A DNA stretch of 26,799 nt, taken from NCBI GenBank assembly GCA_018985225.1, contig JADGIF010000052.1, positions 1 to 26,799 on the forward strand, given 5' to 3'. Both the position numbers and the translations under genes were made by a program. This stretch comes from Amoeboradix gromovi X-113. Taxonomy: Eukaryota; Fungi; Sanchytriomycota. The notes beneath the pieces were generated by a model that was not told the DNA's origin, did not search any database, and was given only the letters and a program-made list of their open reading frames with translations. This document shows positions 21,722-26,799 of this stretch, in pieces. Within the stretch, counting starts at the first letter, position 1. Each line of letters opens with the position of its first letter.

Positions 21722-22651
21722 ATGATTTTTATAATCCATTTAGTTGTATTCGGTTTTTTGCATAGGCAAGTAGATCCTCTAAAAGAGAAGGTGGAAGAAG
21801 CGTTTAGAGCCAAGGATTTTGGTGAGGTTATCAAAATTATGCATGATGTTAATTATGATCCGTTTAGCGAAGATATAGTTGATGGACACTACGTAAGAAC
21901 AGGTATGGCATTGCAAGGTTACTGCAATATTTACATCTTTGAGCTCTTTTGTAAAGGCGAAGTGATACAGGATTTCGTCTTAACAATATCTGAGGAATAT
22001 GAAAAAGTTTTTCTTTCTGAAGAATGTATTAAACTTTACAATCAAGCTTGGTTAAAGTTACCTTCAGAACAGGATTTCGCAATCAATCTGTTACAGAATC
22101 CGATAAAAAGTCTCTTAATGGACGTGCAAAAGCGTTATATTGTGAACAGTTTTGAATTCGGCTTGCATAATTACATCATTCGCAAAAATATTGTCTTGAC
22201 ACCCACCTTAAGAGAGAATTTGTTCCTGTTGGACGAGTTATGGCCTCAAAACTTTCTCATAACTGCCATGGATAACAAGAATGGCCATAAATACATACTT
22301 GATTTGTTTCCATATGCATTGCAGCGAAAAATGGTACCATGGAGAGATTTAGTATCACTCTTCTCGCTAAATTGTGATATTGCACCATTGGATATGGAAA
22401 CAGGTGATGATTCTATGTGGTTTGACTCAAGATCTACTTTGGATAAACTGTTGCTCTACATCATTTCTACAACTGTCAGATATGATCGCGAACTGATTCC
22501 AAGATGGAAAAAGTTTCAACAAAGCGATGTGGCGCTATTATATCAGAGTTTAAGATTAAACGATTCAAGAAAAGTTGCAGAATTACTAACAAAAGTGTTT
22601 TACAAGTCAAAAGGGAGTATAAAATGCTTCAAACGAAATAAAAATAAATGA
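21722..22651 (+). CDS. Hypothetical, probably secreted protein (~309 aa)
   Basis: Long ORF with hydrophobic N-terminus MIFIIHLVVFG; no recognised domain; 3' end may be transposon-derived. Confidence 0.6.
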   Translation: MIFIIHLVVFGFLHRQVDPLKEKVEEAFRAKDFGEVIKIMHDVNYDPFSEDIVDGHYVRTGMALQGYCNIYIFELFCKGEVIQDFVLTISEEYEKVFLSEECIKLYNQAWLKLPSEQDFAINLLQNPIKSLLMDVQKRYIVNSFEFGLHNYIIRKNIVLTPTLRENLFLLDELWPQNFLITAMDNKNGHKYILDLFPYALQRKMVPWRDLVSLFSLNCDIAPLDMETGDDSMWFDSRSTLDKLLLYIISTTVRYDRELIPRWKKFQQSDVALLYQSLRLNDSRKVAELLTKVFYKSKGSIKCFKRNKNK

Positions 22652-23030
22652 GACTAATTCTGACAAAATATCCTACTTTCCAAGTGGGAGAGACATTTAG
22701 AAACCACACCAGATCACCCATTATCATTAATTCAGCATGCTCAAAACCAAAAGAAACAAAAAAGACAAAATGATACATTGCAATAGAGCAAATAAAGATG
22801 ATAATGAAGTACTAGAAAGAGCACTACAAACATTGAGACAGAATATGAAAATGGTTATCGGTTGAGGCATTGCAACATATGCTTAGGTGCTAATCAGCCA
22901 AGCTGTTTTGAAAGAAATATTTCCAGTGCATTTTTATGTTGAAAAAGGCTTGATTGCATACTATGCAACTGACACATCTTTCCAGGAAATACTTAGATTT
23001 AGAGTTGGGGCATTTTCTGAAATTGGGTCC
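22600..23030 (+). pseudogene. Divergent family-A-related Fanzor1 remnant
   Basis: YRLRHCNICLGANQPSCFERNISSAF at 22856-22933 aligns with YRLRKCTFCLDAQRPRIFERD; ends TTGGGTCC|ATAT; 5' limit approximate. Confidence 0.72.
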
Positions 23031-23055
23031 ATATGATAGAGAAACAAAAAGTTTA

Positions 23056-25928
23056 TTAAGTTGCAGCGGCTTCAGATTCACTCACCAACCTCAAAAATAC
23101 GTCTTCTAAAGATGTCTGTGTAATTCCAAAATCAAGAATACCGCTTTTGTTCTTACGAGCAGCTTCTAGTTCTGAAAACCACTTAGTTAGACATCCTTTT
23201 TTGTATTCCAACTGCAAGTTAATCAGGTTTTCAAAACTGTCAATAAATTGGTAATCAATTCCTTCAAATATGGTAGCTAGTATCTTTTTCACGCTTTCAG
23301 TTTTAGATTTTTCAACGCTTAAAGTCAGGTGATAACCGTTTCCATATAGGTCCTTTAATCTTTGTAATGTTCCAAGGCATTTAAAAGAACCATGTACGAA
23401 TATGCCAATTTTAGTGCAAAGCTGCTCAGCTTCTTCCAGGTTATGTGTTGTTAGAATAACTGTGGAGTGCTTCTTCATACTTTCAATTATTGCCCATATG
23501 CTTCGTCTGACTTCAGGCTAAATTAATTCATAAATACATCTAGACCAGTAGTTGGCTCATCTAAAAATATCAGCGAGGGACTGGCCATGTTTGCCATAGA
23601 TATGGAGACTCTTCGCTTTTCGCCTCCGCTAAGTTTATTTGGAAATCTCCTCTCGAATCCTGTGAGTTTTGCAAAATCCAAGCTGGCTTTAGCGAGTTGT
23701 TTTGATTCATTTAAAGTATAGCCCTTCAGCAATGCTAACATGATTAAGTGCTCTTCGGAAGTTAGATCTGGAATAAATATATCATGTTGAGCACATATCC
23801 CAATGTTGTTGTGAATTAGATCAATGTCTTCTATTAGATCCAAGACAGAGCCGTCAGTGCATTTGAATGACGCAGTGCCATTGGAAGGCTCAGTTAATCC
23901 GCTCAGCATACTAATTAAGGTAGATTTTCCCGCACCGTTACTCCCTAGCAATCCGAACACCGTATTCCTTTCGACAAAGTAAGTGGCATCCTTAACAGCC
24001 AACTTTGGACCGTATCTTTTTCTTAAATGGCAAACAATAAGAGCCGCGTCGGGACAATTTCCCGAGTCCACGGCAATGCGCATATCCTTCACATCTGAGT
24101 CCTCAGTTTCTAGGTTTCCCTGTTCCACATCATTATTGTGAAAATGCAAGTAGGCCTTTCCTTTCTTTGCCTTGGTGCTTTCTTTTGATATCACGCCCAT
24201 TATATAAGTAACCGGAAAGAACCACTTCTTTCTGGTTCCAAACTGGGATTTGGTGACCAGGAATATGTATATGCTAAATATAAAATATAAAATCCAAGTG
24301 AAAAGCAGAGCAATTAGACCTAACCCTACCTCATTAGGAGGCGAGGCTTGAGCAAAGCCATATGGCATTTTAGCAGAAGATGAACTGGCTTCAACAATCA
24401 AAATTAAAGACCTGAAAAATGCGAAAGGTGAGTACACCATAACATAATTTGGTATATTCAAATTTATCGCAGAAGTTGATAATATACCCAGGACTACATT
24501 ACCCAAGGTTAGCAGAGCAGTAAAAATAGTGGCAGATTTAGATTTTTTAAAGAAAGCACCTATTAGAAACGCCAATGAAATTTGGCTAAGACCCCACAAG
24601 ACTAGTAGAAACAGAAGCAGTAAAAAGTTTGTTTTCAAAATAAACTCCAGTTTCCACATCGCTCCCACTATTAAAAAAACTATCATACTACAAGCGTACA
24701 TAATGAAGTTTTGAACAAACAATACAATGAAGTAGCGAGAACTGTCCACTCCATTCATTTTTAGCAGAATAAAAACTCTTTCTTCTTTTTCCTTTACCAG
24801 GGCACTAACAAAAATGGGCAATAAAAACGAAAAACAAAGAGGCACAAAAAATGATAAAACTTGGCCACTGAAATCAAATTTTCCATCGTAGTACTTTGAA
24901 GTGGGCATCAGCCTAAATGCTCCATTTAAGAAGCCTGTAGGTGAGATTTGTTTGAACATTGCATTTGAAATCATATTTAAGAGATTTCCAATTTTCAGAG
25001 CGCTGTAAGTCGAAGTGTATCCCATAGCAGCGTTATCAAAATCACCAGATTGAATTGTTGCGGTTATTGATCTTTTAGAAATGCTGCTTTTACCTACAAA
25101 TACGGCATAATCTGGATATTTACCAACTAAATCGTTGTAGTGCCAGTATGTTCTACTACTTTCGTTAGAGTACTTCTTTTTTTCATCTAAAATGACTTTA
25201 ATTACTTCATCTTTAATACTCTGGGCATCTTTAAATGATCTTACAACAGTTGCTGTCTTGCAATAATTAGTGCTACATCTAAAATAATTAGGAAACAGCT
25301 TGAAAAGCCCAGTTCCAAATCTAGGGTTGACAGGCGAATTGGATGAATTAAACTCAATTGGTACATTCGCGTTAAAGTCGGTTATTTGAAAATAGGAATT
25401 TTCGCGATTACCCCACGCATCAATCTCATCTCCCAATGATATCCAAATACTTGAATTCGCTCCGGACACCAACTCGTATGTACCGTTTATAATTTCCATA
25501 GCTACTGTAGGATATGAAGTTGTGAAGAGCCAATTACGCGGACTATAAAACTCCGAGGCTTTTAGAGTATTGTTTATATCGTTATCAGTCTTTTTGGTTC
25601 CATAGTTTATTCCTCTTTGATCCGAAAAATCCTCATCGGTTGGAATCGGCAAATAGTAATGATTACATTCATCGTTCCTAAGAATGTTATTAGAACTTAC
25701 AGGTAAAGAGTTGAATCTCACGCACGTATAAGAAGTATATGGCTGAAAGTCATATACATTCAAATTCAAAAGTGTTTGAATCACACCACAAACACTAACG
25801 AGGATAGTGGGGCAGAGTAAAAGACAGATTATGTTTGTAAATCTCTGCCTTTTTTGCGTCTGGAAACTCTTGTAAAATAAAGCTTTGAATGCGCGACTTT
25901 CTCTCTTTATCTTCTTAGTATCTGACAT
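23056..25928 (-). CDS. Half-size ABC transporter, subfamily A, ~950 aa; exons 25928-23538 and 23517-23056
   Basis: LVKEKEER...LKMNG, Walker A GSNGAGKST, LSGGEKRR, LDEPTTGLD|PEVRR, TTHNLEEAE, TSLEDVF; start codon inferred. Confidence 0.93.
23518..23537 (-). other. 20-nt intron (ABCA)
   Basis: GTATTTATGAATTAATTTAG; restores DEPTTGLD-PEVRR. Confidence 0.94.
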
Positions 25929-26042
25929 TTCAAAAGCAGTCAAGTGGCTTGGCATATGGTAATGCTCAAAAAAAACTAGGCAGGCGCTTTGAAATAACAG
26001 TCCCATAAACTAGTGAAAGATGTTCCATATTAAATAACGCAT

Positions 26043-26799
26043 GGGACACACTCTGTAAAAACTAGACCAAGTTATTTTTAAAGAGACCCCATACGAAGAA
26101 AAGATTGTTTCTAATAAATCTATTCCTCTTTAAATTAAAACAAGAAGACCCAGTATCTCGTTCAAAGTAACAAGGTCTAAAAGCGTCTGAGCAAAAGGTG
26201 CATTTTCTTAGACGAACTTTTCTCTTTTATCATTTATTAACAGCTTCGTTTGTATCATATCGTTTGTCAATAAAAGACCTGCAAACACTACAATGCTTGG
26301 ATGTGTAATCTTCATTGACTAGAACAAAGTCCACTTTAGATTTACAAGGTCTTGCAAAGAAGTCTCGAATACTATGACAAGGACTACAATTATTCTTTTT
26401 AACGTTGGTCTTGAGCTTGCCATCAACCCAAAGTAACAGGGTCTTTTTACCTGGACCAGATTGTTTTTGAAGACTTTTTTACGCCAGGCTTTCAAGTCAT
26501 AATCTGCCATCATATGGTTTAGGTCTGTATTAAATATAGGCATGGGTTGCTCTTGAACAAGTTCACCTTTAAGCTGCTCCTCGGTTTACTAATTTTGAAA
26601 ACATCAAGTCTTGAGTAAACAAGCCGTGCAATCTAGTAAAATGGTCTTGAGATGGTTTAAAATCATTTGGTGGTTGTTGGTTTCTAAAACCCAATTCCAA
26701 AAGAGAAGAAATTGAAGCTCTATGATGAAGACGACGAAATGTATCTCTAATCCTAGTTTTTAGCGTGTTAGCTTCTTTTTAACAGTTAAAGGACCCTCT
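26043..26799 (-). pseudogene. Fanzor1 family A pseudogene, longest copy, continues off the window end
   Basis: One frame 26460-26062: LLLWVDGK...SPCHSIRDFF...VLVNEDYTSKHCSVC...(2 stops)...RLRKCTFC...FERDTGSS, i.e. RuvC-II Glu, two CxxC, RuvC-III Asp; ends GTGTCCC|ATGC. Confidence 0.9.

Noticed and set aside
1432-23537. Alternative genetic code (TAA/TAG read-through) or programmed frameshifts explaining truncated ORFs
   Set aside because: Every break is resolved by a GT-AG 19/20-nt intron, and genes end normally at TAA, TAG or TGA.
26000-26008. GTCCCATAA resembling a family A end
   Set aside because: Only 7-9 nt match and no further TIR similarity.
9054-26214. Dispersed ~200-bp repeat read as CRISPR, SINE or snRNA
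   Set aside because: It is not arrayed and has no Pol III boxes or Sm site; TIR, TSD and the Fanzor reading frame explain it.

Overview
AT-rich, gene-dense eukaryotic DNA, most likely from an early-diverging fungus (inferred from a myosin-motor chitin synthase, single-chain ATP-citrate lyase and half-size ABCA). There are ten host genes: ACL, proteasome beta3, a C2H2 protein, an SMP-30-type lactonase, a Zn-dependent MDR dehydrogenase, Ras, chitin synthase, ABCA and two orphan secreted proteins. Two things stand out. (1) All six introns I could reconstruct are only 19-20 nt, with consensus GTA...TAAYNTAG. (2) Most intergenic spacers contain decayed Fanzor (eukaryotic TnpB, RNA-guided nuclease) elements from several families, mostly as C-terminal RuvC/zinc-ribbon coding ends plus structured candidate omega-RNA. 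One is a complete 443-bp 'ghost' element with 30-bp TIRs and a 4-bp TSD, inserted inside the candidate omega-RNA of another Fanzor family. No intact Fanzor ORF is in the window. All alignments, translations and folds were done by eye.
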